Positions 20,116-33,018 of a stretch of DNA of 64,000 bases are shown here, one piece after another. A model generated the notes under the pieces. The model was not told the DNA's origin and made no database searches. It saw nothing but the letters and a program-made list of their open reading frames with translations. The translations under genes and the position numbers were made by a program. Numbering within the stretch: the first letter of the stretch is position 1; each line of letters opens with the position of its first letter. The stretch covers positions 1,184,001 through 1,248,000 of the forward strand of contig CAVZYA010000001.1 in assembly GCA_963779415.1 (NCBI GenBank), read 5' to 3'. Source of the DNA: an uncultured Acidobacteriota bacterium (lineage in GTDB: Bacteria; Acidobacteriota; Thermoanaerobaculia; UBA5066).

Positions 20116-21094
20116 GCGAGATCCGGTTCCACCCGGGAAATCCGAAACGCCGCTCGCGCTCGATCGACGTGGGGCCGGTCCTCGGCGGCCTGATCGCCTC
20201 TCTCACCGTCGCGGCCGGGACCGTGACGTTTCTCGGCCTCGCGGGCGCTCCGTCGCTCGTCTCGGACCTGGTCCGGTCCGTCGACCGGCTCGCCCTTCGC
20301 GAGACGGCGCGGCGCGGCGCCGAAGCACTCGGGAACGTCGCGCGGCGCGCCGAGAAGTTCTCCGGGCGCCTCGCCGCGGACGAGCTTTTCCTCGCGCGCG
20401 TCGGCCTCATCGCCGAGGTGCCGCTCCCCGACGGATTCCCGACGGTCCTCTCGCAGAAGGAGCTCCCGGCCTCGGCCGACGAGATGGAGACGGCCATCGC
20501 CTCCCTGAGGCGACGTCTTCGCGTCTTCGAGCTTTTCCGCCGCCGCCTCTCCCCTCTCCCCGGTCCGGGCGGGCCGAACCCTCTCCGGATTCCCTCCCGC
20601 TGTCCCGTGGATCCGTCTTCCTCCGTCCCCATCGCCGTCTTCGGGCCACGGATCTCCGAGGTGACGCGGCAGGCGGAGTTCTTCCCGGGCCTCTCGCTCG
20701 CGGCGCCGGCCGGATCCCTCGTCCTCGCGCCGGCCGCGGGGACGGTCATCTTCACCGGGAGCGTCGGGCGAAAGGCCGACGCCGGGTGGCGCCGCCTCGG
20801 GACGATCGTCGTCATCGCCCACGACGACGAGACGCGGACCGTCTTCGGCCACCTCGGAAAGGTCCTCGTCCCGAAGGGGCGCCGGGTCCACCGGGGCGAG
20901 CCGATCGGCCGCGTCGGGCAGAGCGGCTTCGCCGCCACGCCGCGTCTTCACTACGAGGTGCGGCGGCGGGAGGGTGCCCAGTTTCTCCCCGTCGACCCGC
21001 GCCTCTATATCCTCGATGCCGACTGGATCGACGCGTCCGAGCTTCGGAACCGCCCCCCGCGCCCGCGTCCACGGCGATGCCGCCGCTGGGCTGA
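20112..21094 (+). CDS. M23/LytM-domain membrane-anchored protein with degenerate zinc ligands
   Basis: TM segment, helical region, then 'LAAPAGSLVLAPAAGTV...GTIVVIAH...TVFGHL...V.RGEPIGRVGQSG.AT.PRLHYEV...VDP'. As assembled the frame runs to 21308; a probable slip in the C-run near 21053 would give the stop at 21094. Confidence 0.8.
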
Positions 21095-21304
21095 GGCTCA
21101 GAGGCGCGAAGGCTCGCGGACTGACCGAGCAAGCCTGTCACCTTTCGGAGACGGCGAAACGAGACGGCTGCCGGGTGATCGTCGGGGCAATCGACTGAAC
21201 CAGCCTGTCTTTCTCGGCAATTCCGTGCCCGAAGGCGGAAGATCGATGAGTCCGGACAGGGCTGGCCCGCGTGTTGCGGAATCTGGAAGTTCGATGAGAC
21301 CGCG

Positions 21305-24300
21305 ATGAGACAGAAGAAGCGATGGCCGCCTGTCGGAGCTTCCCTCGCTCTCCTTTCGTTGACGACTCTCTCTACGCCAGTCCTCTCCCAGCCTTTGGCG
21401 ATCTCGCACCTTGCAGGGACGATGGGCCCATCCGGCTGGGTCGACGGACCCGGGACCTCTGCGGGCTTCCATGACCCTCAGGGGGTCGCCGTGGACAGCT
21501 CGGGAAGCGTCTACGTGGCGGATTCCACCAACTGCACCATCCGGAAGATCTCGTTGTCCGGGGTCGTTTCCACGCTCGCCGGTCTTGCGGGCTCGTGCGG
21601 CAGTGCGGACGGTATCGGATCTATCGCACGGTTCAACTTTCCCTGGGGCGTCGCCGTGGACGGCTCCGGCAACGTCTACGTGGCCGACTCCTACAACGAC
21701 ACCGTCCGGAAAATCACCCCATCAGGGTTCGTTTCCACCATCGCTGGCGTGGCAGGCTCCTCCGGCAGCGCGGACGGCATCGGGTCAGCCGCACGGTTCA
21801 GGTTTCCCACGGGCGTCGCCGTGGACGGCTACGGCGACGTCTACGTGGCCGACTATTTCAACAACACCATCCGTAAGATCAGTCCCGCCGGCGTCGTCTC
21901 GACAATCGCGGGCGTGGCGGGCTCCTCCGGCAGCGCGGACGGCACCGGGTCTGCCGCACGGTTCAACTTGCCTCGGGGCGTAACGACGGACCGCCTGGGC
22001 AACGTCTACGTAGCCGACTCGGGATACTACTTCGGCCATCCGGCCATCGCGTCTCCCGGCTTCACCGTCCGAAAGATCACACCAGACGGCGTCGTCTCTA
22101 CGCTTGCCGGTCTCTCCGGCACTCCCGGGACGTCGGACGGCACCGCTGCCGAGGCGCGGTTCGTCGGACCCTTAGGAGTTGCAGTCGACGGCCAGGGCAA
22201 CGTCCTGGTCGCCGACGGATTCACGATCAGGAAGATCTCGCCATCGGGGGTGGTCTCCACGATCGCAGGTCTCGCGAATACCGATGGCAGCGCCGACGGC
22301 GCCGGATCAGCGGCGCGGTTCGAGTCCGCCGCAGGCGTGGCCACGGATGTTTCAGGCAACGTTTACGTCGCCGACACCGGCAACCACACAATCCGCAAGG
22401 TGACATCAGCCGGCGAGGTTTCAACGCTTGTAGGCCTCGGCGTGGCTGGCTCGTACGGCAGCGCAGACGGCACTGGGTCAGCGGCTCGGTTTGACTATCC
22501 CTCGGGCGTGGCCGTGGACAGCTCCGTCAACGTCTACGTAGCCGATACCAGCAACCACACGATCCGAAAGGTGACCTCCACCGGCGTTGTCACCACACTC
22601 GCTGGCCTCGCCGGTTTCGACGGTAGCGCGGACGGCCCCGGGTCCGTTGCACGGTTCAATTTCCCGAACGGTGTCGCCGTGGACGGCTCCGGCAACGTCT
22701 ATGTGGCCGATACCAGCAACGACACAATCCGAAAGGTGACCTCGGCCGGAGTCGTCTCCACACTCGCTGGTCTTGCGGGTTCCTACGGCAGCGCCGACGG
22801 CCCCGGGTCCGCTGCACGGTTCCTTTGCCGGCGGGCTTGGCCGTGGACAGCTACGGCAACGTCTACGTGGCCGACTCCGGCAACCACACCATCCGTAAGA
22901 TCAGTCCCGCCGGCGTCGTCTCGACAATCGCGGGCCTGGCAGGCTCGTACGGCAGCACGGACGGCGCCGGGCCAGCCGCGCGGTTCTTCTACCCCACGGG
23001 CGTCGCCCTGGACGGCTCAGGCAACGTCTACGTGGCCGACTACCTCAATGACACGGTCCGAAAGATCACCCCGTCAGGCGTCGTTTCCACTCTCGCCGGC
23101 CTGGCAGGATCCTACGGCAGCGCGGACGGGACAGGACCCGCGGCTCGGTTCACCGATGTTTCAGCCGTGGCGGCAGATGGTTCGGGCAACGTCTACGTGG
23201 CCGATACCAGGAACGAGACTATCCGCAAGATCACGCCGTCCGGGGTCGTCTCCACGGTTGCCGGTCTGACTGGTTCCCAGGGCAACGTCGACGGCACCGG
23301 CTCCCTCTGCAAGGTTCAATGAACCATCGGGGATCTCCGTAGACGGCTCCGGCAATGTCTACGTCGCAGACACTTTCAACCACGGCATCCGCGAGGGAAC
23401 GGCCGCATCGCTCACCGATGCGGCCACAATCGACGCTTCGACCGGATTGACGGGCCAGCTTCGCCAGCTCGACACCTCACCGCAGCAGGCCACGAGTTGG
23501 AACTGGGAGGAGATCCGGCGCCCTGCGGCATCGACGGCAAACCTCTCCTCGACGATGATTCGCAACCCGACGTTTACGCCAGATGTTCCGGATCTCTACA
23601 TCTTCAACCTGACGGCGACCAACGACTCTGGCGCCCGGGGCGTCACGACCGTATCGCTCCTGGCAACGAGCCCTGCACCTCCCGTGCCCGTCTCCCGGCC
23701 CTCCCCGTCGTCGTGGATGTCGCCGGCGGCCAGGTCCACTACACGACGGAGATGGCGCTCACGAATAACACCACGTCAACACTCGATATCTCGATACTCT
23801 ACACCGCCTCGCTCGGGTCGAAGCAGGGATCGGGGACGGGGACGGACTACCTCGCTCCGGGCGAGCAGAAGATGATCGGCGACGCCATCTCGTATCTTCG
23901 AGCCAGGGGCCTCGCCATTCCGTACTCCGAGCAGCCGCAGGAGGGAGGCACCCTGCTCGTGACGTTCCAGGGCTCCGACGTCATCGACCCAAGGTCCGTT
24001 CGGCGACGGCCCGGACGACGACGCCGACGGCCGCACCCAGCCCGTCGGGCGCGCGGGCTCGCGTCCGGGACTCAACCCGAAGAATCGTCGACGTCGAGTC
24101 TCGACGATCTACGGCCTCCGCTCGACATCGGCGGAGCGAAGCAACGTCGCCGTCTTCAACACGCGAGCGACCCGGTGACGCGCAGGTGACCGTCTGCTCC
24201 GGGACGGGAGAGGCCGGTGTGTCGCTCAAAGGCGCGAGACCTGCGCATACGGATGGCCAGTACCCGTCGACAGATCCTCGACGGAAACGGGATTCGAAGG

Positions 24301-24987
24301 GTGGGCGATCGTCGAGCGGACATCGGCCACGGGCTCCAGCGCCTACGGCGGATCACGACACGTACGAACGACGGGTCGTTCGTCCTGCCCGTTGGGAGCG
24401 CCACCGCCGCCTCGACCACGGTACCTGTCCTCGCCGAGACACCGACTCCGGAGCGAGCTGGTCCTCGCGACAAGAGCACTCGCCGGTCACGTGACGCGAG
24501 CTACGTCGAGCGATGACCCCTCGCCGGGACCTGGCGGGAGGATGACCCTCACGCTCTCACCGATGGAGGAACGGATCATCCCGGAGGCGATCGACTCCTC
24601 GCCAGGCGTCAGCCGGGCGAGGACGCCGCGCCAACGCCGTGCGCGGACCGGAGGACCCTGAACGTCGCCGGCAGCACGGCTACAGTCGCGCGGGCCGGCC
24701 CGCCGAGCTCACGCCGGAGAGAGCCAGCGAGCTACCTTATGCCCCGGCCCGCCGAGACCGTCCGAGCCGTCGTGCCGGGACAGCTCCGGGCCGTCTCTCA
24801 GCTCAGCTCGAGGCGACGCCGGCGCGTGCAGTGCCGTCCTCGCTTCTCCGTGGCGCGTCCGGTTCACTCCGCGTCGCGCGTGTGTGACCCTGCCCCGTTG
24901 TCGCTCGTGTGTCCGTGGACCGTTTGCGAGCGCGGCGCGCTTGGCGTGGGGAGCCCGCGGGCGGCGAGGTCCCGTCGCGTCGGCTGA
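21305..24987 (+). CDS. Large secreted NHL-repeat protein with Ig/PKD-like and C-terminal modules; multiply frameshifted, 3' part badly degraded
   Basis: Signal peptide; 12 repeats of P-x-GVAVDGSGNVYVAD..N.TIRKI spread over several frames (shifts near 22823, 23305, 23690 and many after 24000); end approximate. Confidence 0.75.
21400..23395 (+). repeat. Twelve imperfect coding repeats of about 165 bp (NHL blades)
   Basis: Recurrent GGCAACGTCTACGTGGCCGA and ATCCG..AAGATCAC segments at roughly 165-nt period. Confidence 0.85.
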
Positions 24988-25042
24988 GGCTCACGAGCTG
25001 GCTTCCCGCTGGCCCGTCAGGCGCGAAGCGGGTCCGCTCGAT

Positions 25043-26220
25043 TCAGTAGGCGCGCTGCGCCGCGACGAAGGCGTGGAAGTTCCGCCGCACCTCGTCCATC
25101 GAGTCCCCCCCGTCTTTTCGAGGAGGGCGTCCGCGAGGACGAAGGCAAGCATCGCCTCGGCGATGACCCCGCACGCCGGGACCGCCGTCACGTCCGAACG
25201 CTCGTATTGCGCGCGGTGGGGCTCCTTCGTGTCGATGTCGACCGACGGGAGGCCGTCCCGGAGCGTCGAGATCGGCTTCTGGTAGAGGGTCGCGAGGAGA
25301 TCCTCGCCGTTCGTCATCCCTCCTTCGAGCCCGCCGGCGTGGTTCGAGGTCCGGAAGAAGCCGCGTTTCGCCTCCCACGCGATCGGGTCGTGCGCCGCCG
25401 ACCCGGGCCGGAAGGCGTTCGCGACGGCGGCGCCGAGAGAGACCCCCTTCACCGAGGGGATCGACATGAGAGCCCGCGCGAGACGGCCGTCCAGCTTCGC
25501 ATCCCACGAGACGTGGCTCCCGAGGCCGGCGGGTACCCCCGTCGCCCCGACGAGGATCGTCCCGCCGAGCGTGTCGCCGGCCTTCGAGGCCGCGTCGACG
25601 GCCGCGATCATGGCCGCTTCAGTTTCACGGTCCACGGCCCGGAGCGGCGACGTCTCGTCCACCCGCTCGAGATCGCCGAAGGAAAAACCGCCGGGCGGCT
25701 CCGGAAAGGAGACCGGGCCGAGCGAGAGAACGCCGCTCCGGATCCGGATTCCGAACGTGAGGAGAAGCTGCCGGCAAAGCGCTCCCGCGGCCACACGCGC
25801 CGCCGACTCGCGGGCGCTCGCCCGCTCGAGGATGTCGCGAAGGTCCCGCCGCCCGAACTTGAGCCCTCCGGCCAGGTCCGCGTGGCCGGGGCGCGGCGAC
25901 GAGAGGCGGCGCTTTTCGGCCGCCTCGGGATCGACGACGAGCGGCCCCATCACCTTCTCCCAGACGACGTAGTCGCGGTTCGCGATCTCGAAGGCCACCG
26001 GTCCCCCGAGCGTCTCGCCTCCGCGCAGCCCTCCGGTAAAATGCGCTTCGTCCCTTTCGATCTTCATCCGCCCGCCGCGCCCGTGGCCGTGCTGGCGCCG
26101 GGCGAGGTCCGCGGCGACGGCGGCGGCGTCGATCCGGAGCCCCGCCGGGAGGCCCGTCAGGATCCCGGTCAGCTTCGGGCCGTGAGACTCTCCGGCCGTG
26201 ACGAGCGCGAGACGCGGCAT
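25043..26220 (-). CDS. aroC: Chorismate synthase (frameshift in the homopolymer at about 25105-25111)
   Basis: TAGESHG, RRQHGHGRGGRM, PRPGHADL, ERASARE, NHAGGLEGGMTNG, ERSDV; the C-terminus GGDSMDEVRRN continues in another frame. Confidence 0.95.
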
Positions 26221-26227
26221 TCCGCGG

Positions 26228-26237
26228 AGTCTAAACT
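26228..26237. promoter_or_regulatory. Overlapping divergent -10 boxes (aroC and ABC ATPase)
   Basis: TAGACT on minus (26228-33) and TAAACT on plus (26232-37), each 7 nt from its start codon. Confidence 0.55.
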
Positions 26238-26244
26238 CCCGCGC

Positions 26245-26961
26245 GTGATTCACATCGAGGGGCTGACGAAGGCCTACCGCGATCTGACCGCGGTCTCGGC
26301 CCTCTCGTTCGCGGTGGCGCCCGGAGAGGTGATGGGCCTCGTCGGCCCGAACGGCGCCGGGAAGACGACGACGCTGCGTTGCCTCGCCGGGATCCTCCCC
26401 CCGACGGCCGGGCGCATCACGATCGACGGTTTCGATCTCGCCCTCCGCCCCGTCGACGCCAAGCGCTGCATCGCCTTCATGCCCGACGAGCCGCGACTCT
26501 TCGAGCACCTCACGCTCGCGGACCATCTGGCCTTCACCGCGCGGCTCTACGGCGTCGCGGACGCGGCGGCGCGGGGCGCGGCCCTCCTTTCGGAGCTGGA
26601 GCTGAACGGGAAGGAGAACGCCCTCCCCGCGGAGCTGTCGCGCGGGATGAAGCAGAAGCTCGTCATCGCCTGCGGCCTCCTCCACGAGCCGAAGGCGCTC
26701 GTCTTCGACGAGCCGCTGACCGGGATCGATCCCGGCGGGATCCGCCGGCTGAAGCAGACGATCGTCGCTCGGGCGCGTGCCGGAGCGGCCGTGATCGTCT
26801 CGTCGCATCTCCTCCACCTCGTCGAGGAGATCTGCGACCGGGTCCTGATCCTGTCGAAGGGGCGGGCCGTTCTCGAGGGAACACTCGAGGAGATCCGCGC
26901 CGGGGCGGGGGACGCGTCTCTGGAGGAGGTCTTCCTCCGGGTCACCGGGACGGGGGGATGA
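26245..26961 (+). CDS. ABC transporter ATP-binding protein (ABC-2/exporter type)
   Basis: GPNGAGKTT, LSRGMKQK, VFDEP, SSH motifs. Confidence 0.93.
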   Translation: MIHIEGLTKAYRDLTAVSALSFAVAPGEVMGLVGPNGAGKTTTLRCLAGILPPTAGRITIDGFDLALRPVDAKRCIAFMPDEPRLFEHLTLADHLAFTARLYGVADAAARGAALLSELELNGKENALPAELSRGMKQKLVIACGLLHEPKALVFDEPLTGIDPGGIRRLKQTIVARARAGAAVIVSSHLLHLVEEICDRVLILSKGRAVLEGTLEEIRAGAGDASLEEVFLRVTGTGG

Positions 26962-28762
26962 ATCCCCGTCCCTCGCCGGCCGGCGCCCTCGTCTTCTTCG
27001 CCGTCCGCTCCGCGTCGAACGCGGCGCGCCGCCGGCTCCGCCGTCTCGCCGAGCCCCGGTACCTGGTCGGCCTCGCCGTCGCCGTCGCGTACATCGCGCT
27101 CGTCCTGATCCGGCCCGGCCGTCCTTCCCCTCGCGGCGCTGCCGCCGGCCCATGGCCCGTCGAGCTGACGACGGTCGTCCAGCTCGGCGCCGCCGCTCTC
27201 CTTCTCCTCGGCGCGGCGTTCGTCTGGCTCTTCCGGGGAAGTGACGCGGCGCTCTCCCTGACGGAGGGGGAGGCGGACACCCTTTTTCCGCGCCGGTGGC
27301 GCGGCAGACCGTCGTCCACTTCTCCCTCCTCCGCTCGCAGCTCCGGGTCCTCTCCGGCGTCGTCGTCGCGCTCCTCTTCTCGCGCCCCTCGTCTCTGGCC
27401 GGACTTCTCCGGAGCGCCCTCGGCGGGTGGATCCTCTTTTCGACCGTCAACCTCCACCTTCTCGGCGTCGGCTTCACCAAGGCCGCGTGGAAGGAGCTCG
27501 GGGCGGCGCGGCGCCGGACGATGACCATCGTCTCGACCCTTCTCGCGCTCGCCGTTCTCGCCTTCACCGTCGCGGGCGTGACCGAGGTCGTGGTCCGGGC
27601 GGCGGCCACGGCCGGGCCCCGCGGCCCGAGCGTCATCGCCGTGGAGTCCGCTCTGGTCTCGGGGAGGCTCGGACGCGCGCTCCTCGCCCTTCTCACCCCC
27701 CTGCGCGCCGTCGCCGCCCCGCTCTTCGCCCCGACGCCTTCGGCCTTCGTGGCCGCGCTTCCGGCCGCGCTCCTGCTTCTCGCCCTCCACTACGTCTGGG
27801 TCATCCGGACGAACGCCCGGTACGAGGACGCGACGATCGAAGGGGCGGCTCGCCGCGCGGCCCGGCGGGCGCGTCGGCGCGGAGAGGTGGCGGCCCTCCC
27901 CGGGGAGGAGAAGAGGAAGAGCGTCCCGTTCGTCCTCGCCCCGAGCGGGCGCCCCGAGGTCGCGATCTTCTGGAAGAACCTCGCCGCGTGGAACCGGACG
28001 CCGATGAAGACGCAGCTGGGCTGGTTTCTTCCTCTCGGCGTCTTCTTTCTCGCGGCCGGAGCCTTCTCGCGCTCCCCCGCCGCCGACAGGGCGACCGGCG
28101 TGGCGCTCATGGTCGTCTCGGCCGTCGCCCCCTTTCTCGCGCTCATGCTTCCGTCCGGCCTCCGGCTTGATCTCCGCCGGGACCTCGCGGACGCCGCCGT
28201 CCTCCGGTCCTGGCCCGTCGGGCCGGTGGGGCTCGTCGTCGCCGAGGTCGCGGCACCTCTCTGGGTCTGCGTTCTGATTCTCCTCGGCGGCGTTCTCAGC
28301 GCCCTTCCGCTCTCCGTCGGGAGGGCCCTGCGCGGCGCCGCGAACGCCGCCGGGCCGCTCGCCGGCCTCGACGCGCCGGAGCGCCTCGTCCCGGCGGCGC
28401 TCGCCGCGTTGCTGATCGTGCCGCCCCTCTCGCTCCTTCTCGTCCTCGGACAGAACGCCGCGACGCTCGCATTTCCGGCGTGGTTCCCGCCGGGACCTCA
28501 CCGCTCTCGCGGGCTCGAGCAGATGGGGATCAGCCTCCTGACGGCTCTCGTCTCTCTCATGGCGCTCGCGCTCGCTCTCATCCCCGCGGCCGTCCTCGCC
28601 GCGCTCGTCCTCTTCCTCGGGGGAGCGGCGCTCGGCCCCTGGGCGCTCCCGCTCGGCGCGCTCTTCGGCTCTCTCCCCCTCTGGGCCGAGGCGGTCGGCG
28701 CCGTCTTCCTCCTCGCGAGGATCTGGGAGCGCTTCGACCCGTCGCTCGACCTTCCCGACTGA
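26958..28762 (+). CDS. Putative ABC exporter permease (frameshift at about 27288)
   Basis: Polytopic; 'EADTLFP(A)PV.R', 'YEDA', 'AIFWKN', 'DLRRDL...LRSWP'; coupled to the ATPase by ATGA. Confidence 0.78.
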
Positions 28763-28774
28763 GAGAGCGCCCGG

Positions 28775-29725
28775 CTACTCGAGCGGAATCCGGCTCTTGT
28801 TCCTGGCGAGCCACGAGTCGAAGGTCTGGAGGCCGGGGTACAGCGACCGCGAGAAGTCGACGCTCCGGACTCCGCAGAAGTCGTCCGAGAAGTCGCGGTT
28901 GAACTGGAACATGTTGCCGAGATCCTCGGCGCCGGGGAAGCCGAAGCCGCGGTAGACGTCAGGCGGAATCGCGTTGTAGGCCACAACCCGTCCGAGCGCC
29001 TTCGAAAAAGATGCGGCCATCTCGGCCCCCGTCAGGTGCTCGCCCGCGATGCCGACCGTCTTCCCGACGTGCTCCTTCCCCTTCCGGAAGATCCCGTACG
29101 CACACCGGCCGATGTCCTCCGCGGCAATCCCGGGGAGCCTTCGGTCTCCCATCGGGAGCGAGATCGCGAGGATTCCGTCCGGTCCTTTCTTCGGGCCCAT
29201 CCCGAAGAAGATGAAGTTGTCCCAGTAGAACGACGTCAGGAGGAAGGTCGTCGGGACCCCTTCCGCCGTGAAGAACCGGTTCGACTCCCCCTTGGCATCG
29301 AAGTGCGGCACCTTGAAGCTCCCGAGGAGCGTCGGCATCCGGTCGTCGTCGAGCGGCACCCACTGGCGCGTGTCTTCCAGAGTCGACCAGATCGCGTGGG
29401 CGACGCCGGCCCTCTTCGCGGCCGACGCCATGGACCTGGCCTGCGCCATCTCCCGGTCGGGCGAGAAATGCTCCCAGAAGAAGGTGACGCAGTAGGCGCC
29501 GTGGGCGCCCCGGAACGCCTTCTCGAGGCTTGCTTCGTCGTCCACGTCGGCGGCGACGACCTCGGCGCCGAGCTTCGCCAGCTCCTTCGCTTTCTCCGAG
29601 TTCACGTTTCGGGTTACGGCGCGGGCAGTAAATCCGCCGGAGTGGTCGCCCTGGATGGCGCGGACGAGACCGCCCCCCTGCGCGCCCGTCGCCCCCACGA
29701 CGACGATGATTCTCTTCTCGACCAT
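28775..29725 (-). CDS. NmrA/HSCARG-family NAD(P)-binding protein
   Basis: VVGATGAQGG, VPHFDAKG, TSFYWDNF, EDIG. Confidence 0.9.
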   Translation of the reverse strand: MVEKRIIVVVGATGAQGGGLVRAIQGDHSGGFTARAVTRNVNSEKAKELAKLGAEVVAADVDDEASLEKAFRGAHGAYCVTFFWEHFSPDREMAQARSMASAAKRAGVAHAIWSTLEDTRQWVPLDDDRMPTLLGSFKVPHFDAKGESNRFFTAEGVPTTFLLTSFYWDNFIFFGMGPKKGPDGILAISLPMGDRRLPGIAAEDIGRCAYGIFRKGKEHVGKTVGIAGEHLTGAEMAASFSKALGRVVAYNAIPPDVYRGFGFPGAEDLGNMFQFNRDFSDDFCGVRSVDFSRSLYPGLQTFDSWLARNKSRIPLE

Positions 29726-29823
29726 GTTCGGCTCCCCTCATGCCCGCTCCGGCGAGCGGACCCGGGCGCGACGATACCTTGATGCAACTCTGTCACAAAA
29801 CGGGATCGGGACCCCCGGGACGG

Positions 29824-32196
<2,373 letters not shown>

Positions 32197-32200
<4 letters not shown>

Positions 32201-33008
32201 GGTCTTCCTGCAAGCTCCTTCCGGAGAAGATCGATCAGGTCCGCGAAGCGCGCCCGCGCGGGAACGGCCGGAGGCGGAAGGCCGCGGGCCGAGACGGCGC
32301 GGGCCGTCTCCGGCCCGAGTACGCCCCATCTTACCGGGGAAGAATCGCGCTCGCCGGGCTTCCCAGCGCCTGAAGGAATCCGTCGAGGGCGGCCAGCGAG
32401 CCGATTGCCACCGCTCCGAACCCGCCGGATGAAAACGACGAGAGGATCTCGCGCTCGCCGGAAGAGAACGACGAGAGCGGACGGACCTGCTTCTCGTAGA
32501 CGACGGGAGCAAAGACGATGGCACCGAGAGAGGAAAGCTCCTCCAAGGGTCCCAGGTCGGCGTCCGAGCCGCGCGGCCAGAGAATGCGCAGACCGGAGAG
32601 ACCGCCCGGGGAGTTTCTTAGAAGGTGAAGAACGCCGGCCGCTCCCGGCGTCGCAGGAACCACGACGTTTCGCACCCCCGAGCGCTGTAGCTCGCGCGCG
32701 GTCTCCTCCCCCACGGCAATGACCTCTTTGAATTTCCTCTCGAAGAAATCGGTGCTCCTTGCGGCTGCGACTTCCCTCCCCGAGGCGGACGGCCCCGAGC
32801 CGAGCGGTCTTCCTCCCCCTATGAGCATTTCGACGGTCACCTTCGACGAGACGACGAGTCGCGCGCCGCGCGGGTCGAAGGCGAGGGCCTCGACGACGCC
32901 GGACGGGACGGGGACGATCTCGTGCGTCACGAGGAGGGCGACGTCGGGGCCGGCCGCTTCCGCCCGAAGGTCGGCCCCGCCCGAGCGGAGGACGAGGATC
33001 CGGCGCAT
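32197..33008 (-). CDS. hemD: Uroporphyrinogen-III synthase (frameshift at about 32336)
   Basis: Lies between hemC and hemB; AVGEETA, ILWPRG, VYEK; the shifted frame gives VLGPETARA...DLIDLL...* ending at the hemB ATG. Confidence 0.8.
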
Positions 33009-33018
33009 CCGCGGCGGG

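Noticed and set aside
21400-23395. Periodic repeats resembling a CRISPR array or DGR template
   Set aside because: Repeats are degenerate, codon-phased NHL blades; no unique spacers, cas genes or reverse transcriptase.
29779-29800. FNR/CRP site upstream of the NmrA-like gene
   Set aside because: Only half-sites (TTGAT, TCACA) with non-canonical spacing.
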